A DNA stretch of 38,555 nt from Clostridia bacterium (GCA_017532045.1 JAFXJW010000055.1:1-38555), one strand, 5' to 3'; shown: positions 1 to 9,579, counted from the stretch's first letter. Notes: generated by a model from the letters alone, not told the origin. Numbers and translations are program-made.

Positions 1-21
1 CTTCACTCTTCACTTTTCACT

Positions 22-58
22 AAAAAAGACGGCCTCCCCGCGGGAGACCGTCTTTTTT
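22..58 (-). terminator. Rho-independent terminator (bidirectional in form) downstream of the CBS-domain gene
   Basis: Stem GACGGCCTCCC (28-38) / GGGAGACCGTC (42-52) with one mismatch, flanked by A6 (22-27) and T6 (53-58). The T-run touches the stop codon of the minus-strand ORF. Confidence 0.7.
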
Positions 59-465
59 CAATTCTCCTCGCCCCTCTGATCCATCAGGTAGGCCATGACG
101 GAGCGGCGGGTGACGATACCCACGAACATATGGCGGTCGTCCACCACGGGCACGAAGTTCTGATCCAAAAGTCGATCCATCAGCTCCTCCACAGGGGTGT
201 TGACCCCCACGGGCGGGGTGCGATCGGACACGATCTGGTCAATGCAGGCATCCTCCAGATCCTGAGAGGCGATGCTTCCCAGACTCATGACGTTCCAAAG
301 AAAATCCCCCTCGCTGATGCTTCCCAGGTAGCGGCCGTCGGCGGCGACCACGGGAATGGCGGTATAGCCGTAGCGACGTAGCTTTTCCATGCCCTGTCGA
401 AAGCTGCTTCCCTGGGTAAGATAGGCAACGTGGCTTTTGGGGATCAGAAAAAAGGCAACGTTCAT
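58..465 (-). CDS. Small stand-alone CBS-domain pair protein
   Basis: ORF 58..534 trimmed to the ATG at 463-465, which follows a GGAGGGG RBS. The sequence IPVVAADGRYLGSISEGDFLW ... FVPVVDDRHMFVGIVTRRSV has the tandem CBS pattern. Confidence 0.7.
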   Translation of the reverse strand: MNVAFFLIPKSHVAYLTQGSSFRQGMEKLRRYGYTAIPVVAADGRYLGSISEGDFLWNVMSLGSIASQDLEDACIDQIVSDRTPPVGVNTPVEELMDRLLDQNFVPVVDDRHMFVGIVTRRSVMAYLMDQRGEEN

Positions 466-605
466 GATGGGGCCCCTCCGTGAGCCGTTGTACGGTGCGG
501 TGGATAGGTGATGGTCTGCGCCTGCGGGATCCATGATCTCACAGACGCAGTCTGTATGAGTCTATGAAAATAGGGGTCGGCGCAGAACAGCAGATGCGGA
601 CTCCA

Positions 606-2195
606 TTACCGTCTCTTTCTGCGAATCCAGATCACGATACCCGTGGTCAACAGCGCCACAGGAACAAGGATCACACCCCCAACCAGGCAAATGATCTGAG
701 CGGTTTGATCTGCCTCCAGATAACCCGACTGAAGAGCTACAGTGGACAGCTCCTCGTAGGGAGAGGTGAAGATCTCGCCCATGACGCTCATGGTGGCGGC
801 GTAGTAGTAGTAATTCACGCCCGAGGTGTCCTCTGCCGTGTCATCGGTGAGGGCATCGGCGGAGGCATACCAAGTAATGGCGGCGGTCTTAACCGTGCCG
901 TCCTCGGTGGTGATATTCTTCGAAGCGGCCACGGCCACGTCCAGGATGCCTGCGGTGTTCAGGGCTTGGCTCTTATCCAGAGAGACACGGGTTGCCTTGT
1001 CCGAGGTGGTGAACAGGGGGATGGCGGTCACGTCCGCGGGAAGGGTGGCGGCCACGGTGATGGCGTGGCTGTTGGGCATCTGAGGCTTGTAGCCGTTGGA
1101 GCTGAGGTAGGATGCGCTGGAGTGCTTGGTGGTGACCGTGGGCATCAGGGTGTACTGAGAGCCCGAGACGTAGCTTTGGTCGCCCTCCTGCACCAGACCG
1201 GGAGCGGGAGTCAGGCCAAACATAGCCGTGACGGAGGCCAGATTGGGGCAGGATTCCACCAGCTCGGGGGAGGTGTTCAGCATGAGCGTGCCGCCGCCGT
1301 TCAGGTATTCGGCGATGGCGGCCACCTCCTGAACGGTAAGATCACGGGAGGGGTTGAACAGCACCAGACAGTTCGCATCCACGGGGATCTCAGACTTGGA
1401 CAGATCCAGCGTACCCAGATCCATACCCAAGGAATACAGCAGGGTGATCAGAGAATCCGAGGGCATGCTGTCCCCAAAGCCCGTCAGAAGATAGGGGTGG
1501 GGAATGTACTCGCGGGTAACGTAGTCCAAGGCGGAGGTCAGTCTCGCCTCGCCACAGTAGGCGGTGACCGCGTTGAACTGGGAAATGTCCTCGCCGGTCA
1601 TGTCCTTCCCGTAGACCATGCTCAGGATAGTCAGCACGGTGGGGCCGTACTGGGACAGAGCAGACTGAAGAACCGTTGCGGACATGGGCTTCACAATATC
1701 GGCAGGCAGATAATTGGGATAGTACTTGTAGGCCTCCTCGAAGGCATAGTTGGTGTACAAATACGTATCCAGATTATCCACCACGGTAAAGCGGCGGGCG
1801 GACTCCACGATGAAGCTGTAGGCGCTCATGGTGGAGAGGTCGTATCGTCTGGAAACCTCCGTATCCTTTGTGGGGTCTACGATCTCAACCCTGATATGCT
1901 CCCCTGCTTCCTCATAACGGGAGAGCAGCAGACGGGTCTGGGTGTCCACCGCGCCGTTCTCGCAGAGCCAGTAAATGGTGACGTCCTCGGTCATGCCCGA
2001 AACCATCCTTTGGGTTTCGTCGGAGATCTCGGTGAGACCCCGTCCCGAGGCGTCGAATCGGGTAAGCTTGGCAGGCAGAGCGGACACAAGAAAGTTCGCG
2101 ACGATGAGCAAGGCCAGCAGGATGACCCCCGCTACGAAAACAAAGGTTCCGATCTTGACCGAACGCTTCATGCGGAAGAGTGGGCTATGATTCAT
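606..2195 (-). CDS. GldG-like auxiliary component of an ABC-2 type transport system
   Basis: 529 aa with N- and C-terminal TM helices and a large exported middle. GGAGG RBS 9 nt upstream. It lies directly downstream of the ABC-2 permease and ATPase, which is the conserved ATPase/ABC-2/GldG arrangement. Family assigned by recall only. Confidence 0.55.
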   Translation of the reverse strand: MNHSPLFRMKRSVKIGTFVFVAGVILLALLIVANFLVSALPAKLTRFDASGRGLTEISDETQRMVSGMTEDVTIYWLCENGAVDTQTRLLLSRYEEAGEHIRVEIVDPTKDTEVSRRYDLSTMSAYSFIVESARRFTVVDNLDTYLYTNYAFEEAYKYYPNYLPADIVKPMSATVLQSALSQYGPTVLTILSMVYGKDMTGEDISQFNAVTAYCGEARLTSALDYVTREYIPHPYLLTGFGDSMPSDSLITLLYSLGMDLGTLDLSKSEIPVDANCLVLFNPSRDLTVQEVAAIAEYLNGGGTLMLNTSPELVESCPNLASVTAMFGLTPAPGLVQEGDQSYVSGSQYTLMPTVTTKHSSASYLSSNGYKPQMPNSHAITVAATLPADVTAIPLFTTSDKATRVSLDKSQALNTAGILDVAVAASKNITTEDGTVKTAAITWYASADALTDDTAEDTSGVNYYYYAATMSVMGEIFTSPYEELSTVALQSGYLEADQTAQIICLVGGVILVPVALLTTGIVIWIRRKRR

Positions 2196-2217
2196 AGTAT
2201 AGTACCTCCACAGAAGA

Positions 2218-3087
2218 TCAGTCCCAACGCTTCTTGTCCGCCGACAGGACGGTCAGGAAGACGAAGAGCACGGGGTAGGACAAAAACAGCAGCAGCGAGG
2301 GAATGCTCAGGGTTCCGTAGTCGCAGAAGTCCATGAGATGCATGAAGGGAGAGACGGCGGACAGAACGTTGGGGAGAAGTCCGGCGAAAACCTCCTTGGC
2401 GAAAATGTAGAGGATCGACAGGGGCAGGATGCCGACGGCGCAGGTGATCACAGTCACGTTAAGATTACGGGTCACCAGGAACGCAATACCGCCCATAAGC
2501 AGAGCCAACACCACGAGCCCCAGGAAGGAGGCAAACGAGGTGACGGGGAACACCATGGGAATGATCATGGGAACAAACAAAAGCAGTGCGCTGGCGGCTA
2601 CGCCCAGAACAGCGGCCACTACCAGATTCTCGCTCAGGGAGGAGGTAAACTGGCAGACGGCCAAAAGGGCGGCGCCCAGCAGGAAGAAGTGAAGGATAGA
2701 CAGGTACGCCATGCCCATGTGAATCTCGCCCAGAATACTCAGAAGAAGAGGATAGACACAAAGAACGGCGCAGGGGATGGCCAGAACGGTGAGCAGAGCA
2801 AAATACTTTCCCAGCACCACCGAGGATGTTTTCATAGGAAGGGACAGATAGAACATATCCGTCTTGTTGTGCTTGTCCTCTGCCATAGAGCGCATGGAGA
2901 GAACAGGAACCAGCACCATCAGCGCATACTGGCTGTCGGACAGGGCAAACTCAAATTGGGTGTACCCATTGCGCAGATTATCCATGTAGACCATCAGGCC
3001 CACAAACATCAGAAGAGCGGCCGTGAACAGCCAGCCGTAGACGTTGTTCATGTAGGCGCGCAGCTCGCGCTTAAATACGGCAGACAT
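2218..3087 (-). CDS. ABC-2 family transporter permease
   Basis: 289 aa polytopic membrane protein. Its ATG overlaps the TGA of the upstream ATPase gene (TGATG at 3085-3089), indicating translational coupling. Confidence 0.65.
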   Translation of the reverse strand: MSAVFKRELRAYMNNVYGWLFTAALLMFVGLMVYMDNLRNGYTQFEFALSDSQYALMVLVPVLSMRSMAEDKHNKTDMFYLSLPMKTSSVVLGKYFALLTVLAIPCAVLCVYPLLLSILGEIHMGMAYLSILHFFLLGAALLAVCQFTSSLSENLVVAAVLGVAASALLLFVPMIIPMVFPVTSFASFLGLVVLALLMGGIAFLVTRNLNVTVITCAVGILPLSILYIFAKEVFAGLLPNVLSAVSPFMHLMDFCDYGTLSIPSLLLFLSYPVLFVFLTVLSADKKRWD

Positions 3088-4046
3088 CAGTCCTCTACCT
3101 CCTCATGCTTTTTTCCCTTTGCGGTCAAGGAGAGGAAGATCTCCTCCAGAGAATGCTCGCCTCTCTCCATGGAGATCACGGCGTAGCGGCGCTCAGCCAT
3201 AGCGAAGAAGATGTCGTCTCGGATATCCGCCTCGCCCACGGTGGCGACCTTGAGCTTTACGGTCTTCTTGTCGGGAGAGGGCAGAACCTTGACCTTGCCC
3301 ACGCCCTCGACGGTTTCCAGTACCTTGAGTATGCCCGCCTCGTCGCCCTTGACGGTCAGTCGAAGCTCGGTCTCGGGACTGACCTGAGCCTCCAGATCAG
3401 CCATGGGGCTATCTGCCACCACACGGCCCTCGGACAGGATGATCACGTGGTCGCAAAGCTCGGCGATCTCGGACAAAATATGGCTGGAGATGATGACGGT
3501 CATCTTATTGCCCAGCTTGCGGATCAGGGCACGGATCTCGGTCAGCTGCTTGGGATCCAACCCAACCGTAGGCTCGTCCAGAATGACGATGTCGGGGGAG
3601 CCCAAAATGGCCTGAGCAATACCCACACGCTGGCGGTATCCCTTGGAGAGATTGCGGATGAGGCGATCCTGCACGGCGGACAGATCCGTAAGGCTCATGG
3701 CCTCCCTGACCTGACGGTCCACAAGCTCTGCCGAAACGCCCTTTGCCTCGGCCACAAAGGTCAGATACTCCAGGGGGGTCATATCGGTAAAGAGCGGGGG
3801 CAGCTCGGGCAGGTAGCCGATCTGGCGCTTGGCCTCAATGGGTTGCGTACAGATGTCGTAGCCGTTGATCAAAACGGTTCCCTCGGTGGGAGATAGACAT
3901 CCTGCAATGATATTCATGGTGGTGGATTTACCTGCGCCGTTGGAGCCCAGGAGACCGTAAATACGGCCGTTACGAATCTTGAAGCTGACGTTATCCACAG
4001 CCGTCTTGTTGCCGTAGACCTTGGTCAGACCCTTTACTTCGATCAA
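3087..4046 (-). CDS. ABC transporter ATP-binding protein
   Basis: Walker A GLLGSNGAGKST, signature LSKGYRQRV, Walker B ILDEPTVGLD. TTG start at 4044-4046 with an AGGAGG RBS 8 nt upstream. Confidence 0.9.
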   Translation of the reverse strand: MIEVKGLTKVYGNKTAVDNVSFKIRNGRIYGLLGSNGAGKSTTMNIIAGCLSPTEGTVLINGYDICTQPIEAKRQIGYLPELPPLFTDMTPLEYLTFVAEAKGVSAELVDRQVREAMSLTDLSAVQDRLIRNLSKGYRQRVGIAQAILGSPDIVILDEPTVGLDPKQLTEIRALIRKLGNKMTVIISSHILSEIAELCDHVIILSEGRVVADSPMADLEAQVSPETELRLTVKGDEAGILKVLETVEGVGKVKVLPSPDKKTVKLKVATVGEADIRDDIFFAMAERRYAVISMERGEHSLEEIFLSLTAKGKKHEEVED

Positions 4047-4110
4047 GTGCTTGTCCTCCTGTTCGGTGGATTTTTTCGCCGCTGCGGAATAGATGCGACT
4101 TATCTTATAT

Positions 4111-4140
4111 ATTATATATCATACAAGGCGTTCGTGTCAA
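4111..4140 (-). promoter_or_regulatory. SigA-type promoter for the ABC-2 transporter operon
   Basis: Minus strand reads TTGACA (4140-4135), an 18-nt spacer, then TATAAT (4116-4111), inside an AT-rich divergent spacer. Confidence 0.5.
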
Positions 4141-4262
4141 GAGGATAAACGTCTTTTCAGCATCCACCGAAAAAAATTTACAGAGTAAAACCGTATGGAA
4201 GCCACGGAGATTTGTGGTTTCACACAAATCTCATAAAGTTCAGCGAAAACTTCGCCCACGCA

Positions 4263-4291
4263 TTGACAGACAGAATATTTTGTGATATAAT
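4263..4291 (+). promoter_or_regulatory. Consensus SigA promoter for glgB
   Basis: TTGACA (4263-4268), exactly 17 nt, TATAAT (4286-4291), with a TG at -15/-14. This is incompatible with the ORF-track start at 4212 and supports the ATG at 4332. Confidence 0.65.
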
Positions 4292-4331
4292 AACAATGTA
4301 CAGTTATATTTACCGAAAGGATTCGGGACAC

Positions 4332-6347
4332 ATGCCTACAAAATCGGTCAAAATAACCGAAAAAACCACCTCTCTCCGTGATTCCGCCGGCGACGGGACC
4401 CTGCCCGTATCCGAGGCGAAGACTCTTCGCCCCTATCGCCGCGAGCTGGACGAGTTTTTGTTTCACGAGGGCACGGCTCGCTATGCCTACAGCTATCTGG
4501 GCGCCCACGAGGAAATAGGTGGAGACGGGATTGAGCAAATCGTTTTCCGTGTTTGGGCTCCCCATGCCAAAGCCGTTTCGGTGGTCGGCCTTGCCGACGA
4601 CTGGGATCACGGCATTCCCATGATCCGCGCCACGGCAAACGGCATTTTCATGCTGGTGCTGGAGGGGCATCTCGTCCCCGACGGATCGGTATACAAGTAT
4701 CGCATCACCGCCGCCGACGGACAGGTTTATCTCCATGCCGACCCCTACGGACGAGCCATGGAATGCCCCCCGGGAACGGCCACCCGCTTTTTTCGGGAGA
4801 AGTCCTTCGTCTGGCACGACGGAGGCTGGCTGAAGCAGCGCAAGACCCGCGCCGCCGACGGCCGCAAATACCCCATGAACATTTACGAGGTTCACGCAGG
4901 CTCCTGGAAATACGGGCCTGACGGAAGGCCTCTTTCCTACCGAGAGCTGGCGGACGAGCTGGCCCCCTATATCAAGCAGATGGGATTCACCCACGTGGAG
5001 CTGCTCCCCGTCATGGAGCATCCCTTCGGAGGCTCCTGGGGCTATCAGGTCTGCGGCTACTACGCCCCCACCGCCCGCTACGGCGACCCCGAGGATTTCA
5101 AGGCCTTCGTGGACATCATGCACAACGCGGGCATCGGGGTCATTCTGGACTGGGTTCCCGCCCACTTCCCCAAGGACGCCCACGGTCTGTACCGCTTCGA
5201 CGGACAACCCCTGTACGAATACGAAGACCCCACCAGACAGGAAAACCGCGGCTGGGGCACCTGCTGCTTTGACGTAGGCAAGAATGAGGTTATATCCTTC
5301 CTCCTGTCCAACGCCTACTACTGGGTGGAGGAATTCCACGCCGACGGTCTCCGTGTGGACGCCGTGGCCTCCATGCTCTACCTCAACTACGACAGGCAGG
5401 ACGGAGAATGGCATCCGAACCGATACGGCAGCTATGAAAATCTGGAAGCCGTGGCCTTCTTCCGCCTGCTCAACCGAAGTCTGCGGGAGGATCACCCCGA
5501 CGTCATGACCATCGCCGAGGAATCCACCATGTGGCCTCACATTACGGATTTCACCGAAAACGGGCTGGGATTCACCTACAAGTGGAACATGGGCTGGATG
5601 AACGATACCCTCCGCTACGTAAAGGAGGATCCCATCTTCCGCAAGCACCTCCACGGACACCTCACCCACATCCCCTCCTACGCCTTCATTGAAAAGTACG
5701 TCCTCCCCATCTCCCACGACGAGGTGGTGCATCTCAAAAAATCCTTCCTGGACAAGATGCCCGGGGACTACTGGCAGAAATTCGCAGGAGCGAGAGCCTT
5801 TGCCGCCTGGATGATGACCCACCCCGGCGCCAAGCTCTGGTTCATGGGCTGTGAGATCGGTCAGTTCGCCGAGTGGAGCGAGGAGCGGGAGCTGGATTGG
5901 TACCTTCTGGACTACGAATACCACGCCAAGCTCCAGCACTACTTCGCCGCCCTGAACAACCTCTACCTCACCACCCCTGCCCTGTGGGACGAGTACACCG
6001 ACACCCCCGAAAAGTCCTTTGAGTGGCTGGAATCCCACAACGCCGAGCAGAGCATTATCGCCTACCGCCGTATCTCCCGCGAGGGGCGGGACGTAACAGT
6101 TATCCTCAATTTCACCCCCGTGGCCCACGTGGATCACAACATCAACGTTCCCCTGCCCGGAAGCTATCGGGAGATCTTCAACTCCGACGACCATCGCTTC
6201 GGCGGCAGCGGGGTGCTGAACACCGGCATCATGGAGGCCTTCCCCGTGGAGGGCAACTTCCTCCACCGCGTACGGGTCAACGTTCCCCCCATGGGTGTGA
6301 CGATACTGGAGAGAGTAGACGATAAGAACGAGGGGCTCTGCCCCTGA
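4332..6347 (+). CDS. glgB: 1,4-alpha-glucan branching enzyme
   Basis: GH13 branching-enzyme motifs: GFTHVELLPVMEHP, ILDWVPAHFPKD, GLRVDAVASMLY, IAEESTMWP, LPISHDEVVH. The start is taken downstream of the promoter at 4263-4291. The last five codons and the stop lie in a repeat-module hairpin. Confidence 0.9.
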   Translation: MPTKSVKITEKTTSLRDSAGDGTLPVSEAKTLRPYRRELDEFLFHEGTARYAYSYLGAHEEIGGDGIEQIVFRVWAPHAKAVSVVGLADDWDHGIPMIRATANGIFMLVLEGHLVPDGSVYKYRITAADGQVYLHADPYGRAMECPPGTATRFFREKSFVWHDGGWLKQRKTRAADGRKYPMNIYEVHAGSWKYGPDGRPLSYRELADELAPYIKQMGFTHVELLPVMEHPFGGSWGYQVCGYYAPTARYGDPEDFKAFVDIMHNAGIGVILDWVPAHFPKDAHGLYRFDGQPLYEYEDPTRQENRGWGTCCFDVGKNEVISFLLSNAYYWVEEFHADGLRVDAVASMLYLNYDRQDGEWHPNRYGSYENLEAVAFFRLLNRSLREDHPDVMTIAEESTMWPHITDFTENGLGFTYKWNMGWMNDTLRYVKEDPIFRKHLHGHLTHIPSYAFIEKYVLPISHDEVVHLKKSFLDKMPGDYWQKFAGARAFAAWMMTHPGAKLWFMGCEIGQFAEWSEERELDWYLLDYEYHAKLQHYFAALNNLYLTTPALWDEYTDTPEKSFEWLESHNAEQSIIAYRRISREGRDVTVILNFTPVAHVDHNINVPLPGSYREIFNSDDHRFGGSGVLNTGIMEAFPVEGNFLHRVRVNVPPMGVTILERVDDKNEGLCP

Positions 6348-6445
6348 CCCCCGCTCAAAATCTTCAAAAGCATCCATGAATATTTTGAAGATTCTTGAAA
6401 GGGGTTTGGGGAAAACTTCTTGCAAGAAGTTTTCCCCAAGCGCTC
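6331..6445. repeat. Mosaic hairpin repeat, copy R0 (glgB-glgC spacer)
   Basis: Three hairpins. (1) AGGGGC-TCT-GCCCCT at 6331-6345. (2) An 11-bp stem AATCTTCAAAA (6359-6369) / TTTTGAAGATT (6383-6393). (3) A perfect 30-nt palindrome GGGGAAAACTTCTTGCAAGAAGTTTTCCCC at 6408-6437. The linker ACCCCCGC is shared with other copies. Confidence 0.8.
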
Positions 6446-6503
6446 CCCTAACATCAGTTAAATTTATGCGGTTCTACCGCGATCACAATAAGGAGGCACC
6501 AAT

Positions 6504-7688
6504 ATGATCTTCAGAAAGAAAGAGTGCGTAGCGATGCTTTTGGCCGGTGGCCAGGGCTCCCGTCTGTACGCCCTCACCAAGAAAGTCGCCAAGCCTGCAG
6601 TACGCTTCGGCGGCAAGTACCGCATCATCGACTTCCCGCTGTCCAACTGTGTGAATTCGGGCATTGACACCGTGGGCGTGCTGACCCAGTACCAGCCCTT
6701 GGTGCTGAACGAGTACATCGGCAACGGTCTGCCCTGGGATCTGGATCGCTCCTTCGGCGGCGTGAAGATCCTGCCCCCCTATCAGGGTCAGAAGGGCGGC
6801 GACTGGTACAAGGGTACCGCCAACGCCATCTACCAGAACCTGGCCTTCATCAACCGTTACGACGCCGACTACGTCCTCATTCTGTCGGGCGATCACATCT
6901 ACAAGATGGACTACGACAAGATGCTGGACTTCCACAAGGCCAAGGGCGCTGACTGCACCATCGCCGTCATTGACGTACCTCTGGAGGAGGCCAGCCGCTT
7001 CGGTATCATGAGCACCAATCCCGACGGCTCCATCTACAAGTTCACCGAGAAGCCCAAGAACCCCGACAGCACCAATGCGTCTATGGGTATCTACATATTC
7101 AACCGCAAGAAGCTCTGCGATTACCTCATCGCAGACGAGGCCGATCCCGCCTCCTCCAACGATTTCGGCAAGAACATCATTCCCAACATGCTGGCCGCAG
7201 GGGAGAAGATGTACGCATTCCCCTTCGAGGGCTACTGGAAGGACGTGGGTACCATCTCCTCCCTGTGGGAGGCCAACATGGATCTTCTGGGTGATACGCC
7301 CGTGCTGGATCTGTCTGGCAACGACTGGCGCATCTTCGCCCGTCACTCCGCCTCGGCTCCCCAGTTCGTGGGCGCTCGCGCATCCATCGAGAACTGCTAC
7401 ATCACCGAGGGCTGTGAGATCTACGGCACCGTAAAGAACTCGGTGGTAGGCCCCGGCGTCAAGATCATGGCAGGCGCTCACGTGGAGGACTGCGTCCTCA
7501 TGGGCGACTGCGTCATCGAGACCGGCGCTACCGTTCAGTATGCCATCATTGACTCCGACGTTGTCATCGGAGAAGGCGCAACCGTGGGCGCTCCCCGCGC
7601 TACGGGCGCCGAGATCGCCGTGGTAGGCGAAAATATCACCATCGCAGCAGGCGCCACTATTGAGCCCGGCGCTATGCTGTCTGAATAA
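6504..7688 (+). CDS. glgC: Glucose-1-phosphate adenylyltransferase, catalytic subunit
   Basis: N-terminal [53 protein letters not shown] at 6489-6495. C-terminal left-handed beta-helix repeats. Confidence 0.92.
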   Translation: MIFRKKECVAMLLAGGQGSRLYALTKKVAKPAVRFGGKYRIIDFPLSNCVNSGIDTVGVLTQYQPLVLNEYIGNGLPWDLDRSFGGVKILPPYQGQKGGDWYKGTANAIYQNLAFINRYDADYVLILSGDHIYKMDYDKMLDFHKAKGADCTIAVIDVPLEEASRFGIMSTNPDGSIYKFTEKPKNPDSTNASMGIYIFNRKKLCDYLIADEADPASSNDFGKNIIPNMLAAGEKMYAFPFEGYWKDVGTISSLWEANMDLLGDTPVLDLSGNDWRIFARHSASAPQFVGARASIENCYITEGCEIYGTVKNSVVGPGVKIMAGAHVEDCVLMGDCVIETGATVQYAIIDSDVVIGEGATVGAPRATGAEIAVVGENITIAAGATIEPGAMLSE

Positions 7689-7702
7689 AGGAGGACTGAC
7701 AC

Positions 7703-8833
7703 ATGACCGCAGCAGGATTGATCTTTGCCAACATTCATGACCAGAGCATCCCCGAGCTGACTCGGGTGCGCTCCATGGCCTCCGTGCCCTTCGGTTGCCG
7801 CTACCGCCTCATTGACTTCACCCTGTCCAACATGGTCAACTCCGGCATCAACCGCATAGGCCTCATCACCCACCACAACTACCAGTCCCTTCTGGACCAC
7901 ATCGGCACGGGTAAGGACTGGGATCTGGCTCGCCGCTCGGGCGGTATCAAGCTCATCCCTCCCTACGTGACCGCCTACGATCAGGGCGTGTCGGGCACGC
8001 CCGCTCACCGTCTGGAGACTCTCTTCGGCGCGCGGAACTTCATCGCCCACTGCAACGAGGACTGCTTCGTCCTGTCGGATTGCGACATCATCTGCAACAT
8101 TGACCTGTCCGAGGTCATTGAGTACCACGCCGCCACGGGCGCGGACATCACCTTCGTGACCAAGCGAGTGGATGCCTCCTCCATGCATCTGGCCGAGCAG
8201 GTCTCCATCATCGCCGCCGACGAAAACGGCGTTGTCACCGACTTCACCTGCACAAGACCCGAGGAGGGCATTGTCAACCTCTACACCAATATCATGATCG
8301 TCAGCCGCGCCTACCTGCTCAACGTGCTGAACAACGCCGCCGCTCACGGTCACCGCTCCCTCTTCACCGACGTGATCGCCCCCTCCCTCGGCAAGGCTAA
8401 CTACCGTGCTTACGAGTACGACGGCTGGTACGCCTACATCGGCTCTCTGGAGGGCTACTTCGCCTCCTCCATGGATATGCTGGCCAAGGAGGCTCGCGAG
8501 GGTCTGTTCGGCATCAAGAACCGCCCCGTCCTCACCAAGGTGCGCAACTCCGCCCCCACCAAGTACAAGGAGGGCGCCGACGTAAAGAACTCCTTCATCG
8601 CCGACGGCTGCGTCATCGAGGGCACCGTGGAGAATTCCATTCTCTTCCGCGGCGTAAAGGTAGGCAAGGGCACCGTAGTCAAGAATTCCATCCTCATGCA
8701 GGATACATACACCGGCTCCGACGTGACCCTGAACTGCGTGATCACCGATAAGGACGTCACCATCCGTGACGGCCGCCACCTGTCGGGTCACGAAACCATG
8801 CCCTTCTTCGTGGGCAAGGGCGTGAGCGTTTGA
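7703..8833 (+). CDS. glgD: Glucose-1-phosphate adenylyltransferase, GlgD subunit
   Basis: Paralog of GlgC immediately downstream. It lacks the GGxGxRL motif (IFANIHDQSIPELTRVRSMASVPFGCRYRLIDFTLSN). AAGGAGG RBS. The glgC-glgD pair is typical of Firmicutes. Confidence 0.88.
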   Translation: MTAAGLIFANIHDQSIPELTRVRSMASVPFGCRYRLIDFTLSNMVNSGINRIGLITHHNYQSLLDHIGTGKDWDLARRSGGIKLIPPYVTAYDQGVSGTPAHRLETLFGARNFIAHCNEDCFVLSDCDIICNIDLSEVIEYHAATGADITFVTKRVDASSMHLAEQVSIIAADENGVVTDFTCTRPEEGIVNLYTNIMIVSRAYLLNVLNNAAAHGHRSLFTDVIAPSLGKANYRAYEYDGWYAYIGSLEGYFASSMDMLAKEAREGLFGIKNRPVLTKVRNSAPTKYKEGADVKNSFIADGCVIEGTVENSILFRGVKVGKGTVVKNSILMQDTYTGSDVTLNCVITDKDVTIRDGRHLSGHETMPFFVGKGVSV

Positions 8834-8839
8834 GAACAC

Positions 8840-8872
8840 GCCATTCCCCGCGCGATTGGCGCGGGGAATGGC
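8840..8872 (+). terminator. GC-rich perfect hairpin after glgD (possible terminator or processing site, no U tract)
   Basis: GCCATTCCCCGCGC (8840-8853), loop GATTG, GCGCGGGGAATGGC (8859-8872). The stem is 14 bp. It is followed by TACATGC, not a T-run. Confidence 0.35.
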
Positions 8873-8918
8873 TACATGCAAAATGCGAAATCGTGTTTTC
8901 ATAGGTTGAAATCATCAT

Positions 8919-9016
8919 CCGTAGGGGAGGGGTTTCCCCTCCCGACACGCGTCCAAAACCTTTGTCATTCAAAGCTTTTTTGCGAATCATCGGGAGGGGA
9001 AACCCCTCCCCTACGG
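8919..9016. repeat. Perfect 27-nt inverted repeat pair, each arm itself a hairpin (GGGGAGGGG type)
   Basis: CCGTAGGGGAGGGGTTTCCCCTCCCGA (8919-8945) and its exact reverse complement TCGGGAGGGGAAACCCCTCCCCTACGG (8990-9016), separated by a 44-nt AT-richer spacer. Confidence 0.85.
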
Positions 9017-9059
9017 AAAAGTAGATTTCTTTTGCAAAAACAAGCAGGGAGATAAAGAA

Positions 9060-9455
9060 ATGAAACGCTTAAAAGGCAAATACGCCGCCATTATCGCCCT
9101 CCTCTTTGGACTTGTCAGCTGGGGGTATCTCATCGTATCTGTAATTGCCGGCAAGGTAACTACCTACGACCCGACGAATCCCTTTTCCACCAATCTCGAG
9201 CACGGTTACTTTATGTACGGCCTCATCATTTCCATCGTGAGTGTGATCCCCTTTGCGGTAGAGGGTGTCTGCTCCATCGTCCGAGCCACCCGAGGGAAGG
9301 ATATATTACTAAATTTCCTTTCGGCTCTGCTCACGCTCGGTCTAATCCCCATGGCCTTGCTGACCCCTACCGTGTGGTTCTGTTATTACAGCGTCGTTTT
9401 CGCGGCGGAAGTGATCTTTTTCATAATCTACTGTAAGAAATATGTCATCTCCTAA
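9060..9455 (+). CDS. Small hypothetical integral membrane protein (131 aa, about 4 TM)
   Basis: ATG preceded by a GGGAGA RBS. Hydrophobic segments include AAIIALLFGLVSWGYLIVSVIAG, YGLIISIVSVIPFAV and LLTLGLIPMALL. Visibly lower GC than the flanking glg genes. No family recognised. Confidence 0.6.
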   Translation: MKRLKGKYAAIIALLFGLVSWGYLIVSVIAGKVTTYDPTNPFSTNLEHGYFMYGLIISIVSVIPFAVEGVCSIVRATRGKDILLNFLSALLTLGLIPMALLTPTVWFCYYSVVFAAEVIFFIIYCKKYVIS

Positions 9456-9458
9456 AAG

Positions 9459-9483
9459 GTGGGGGAGAAGTTCCTCCCCTACA
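9459..9483. repeat. GGGGAG/CTCCCC hairpin related to the 8919-9016 repeat
   Basis: GTGGGGGAG-AAGTTC-CTCCCCTAC immediately after the stop of the 9060-9455 ORF. It shares the CCTCCCCTAC end with the arms at 8919 and 9016. Confidence 0.6.
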
Positions 9484-9579
9484 GCATCCCTCCTTGCATA
9501 GCTTCCCCCGTCTCGTTTTCGTTCATAATTTTGCATTTTGCATTTTCACACCATTTCACAATTTGGAGGACTACATACT

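Noticed and set aside
564-2336. Long ORFs antisense to real genes. Examples: 564..2336 (+), 4137..6425 (-), 6483..7481 (-), 7535..8902 (-), 9571..10944 (-), 13505..16009 (+), 25130..26938 (+), 28820..30280 (+), 30336..31448 (+), 31397..32668 (+), 34417..35793 (+).
   Set aside because: Each lies opposite a gene with clear family motifs. They have G/V/H/D/A/R-rich low-complexity translations and no RBS or recognisable motifs. These are typical shadow ORFs of a high-GC genome with strong third-position GC bias.
9528-9564. Short tandem ATTTTGC ATTTTGC ATTTTCAC ... ATTTCAC upstream of glgA as a regulator binding array.
   Set aside because: There are only two exact 7-mers plus two degenerate ones, in an AT-rich leader next to the RBS. 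That is too little to separate from chance, and it does not match the cre consensus.
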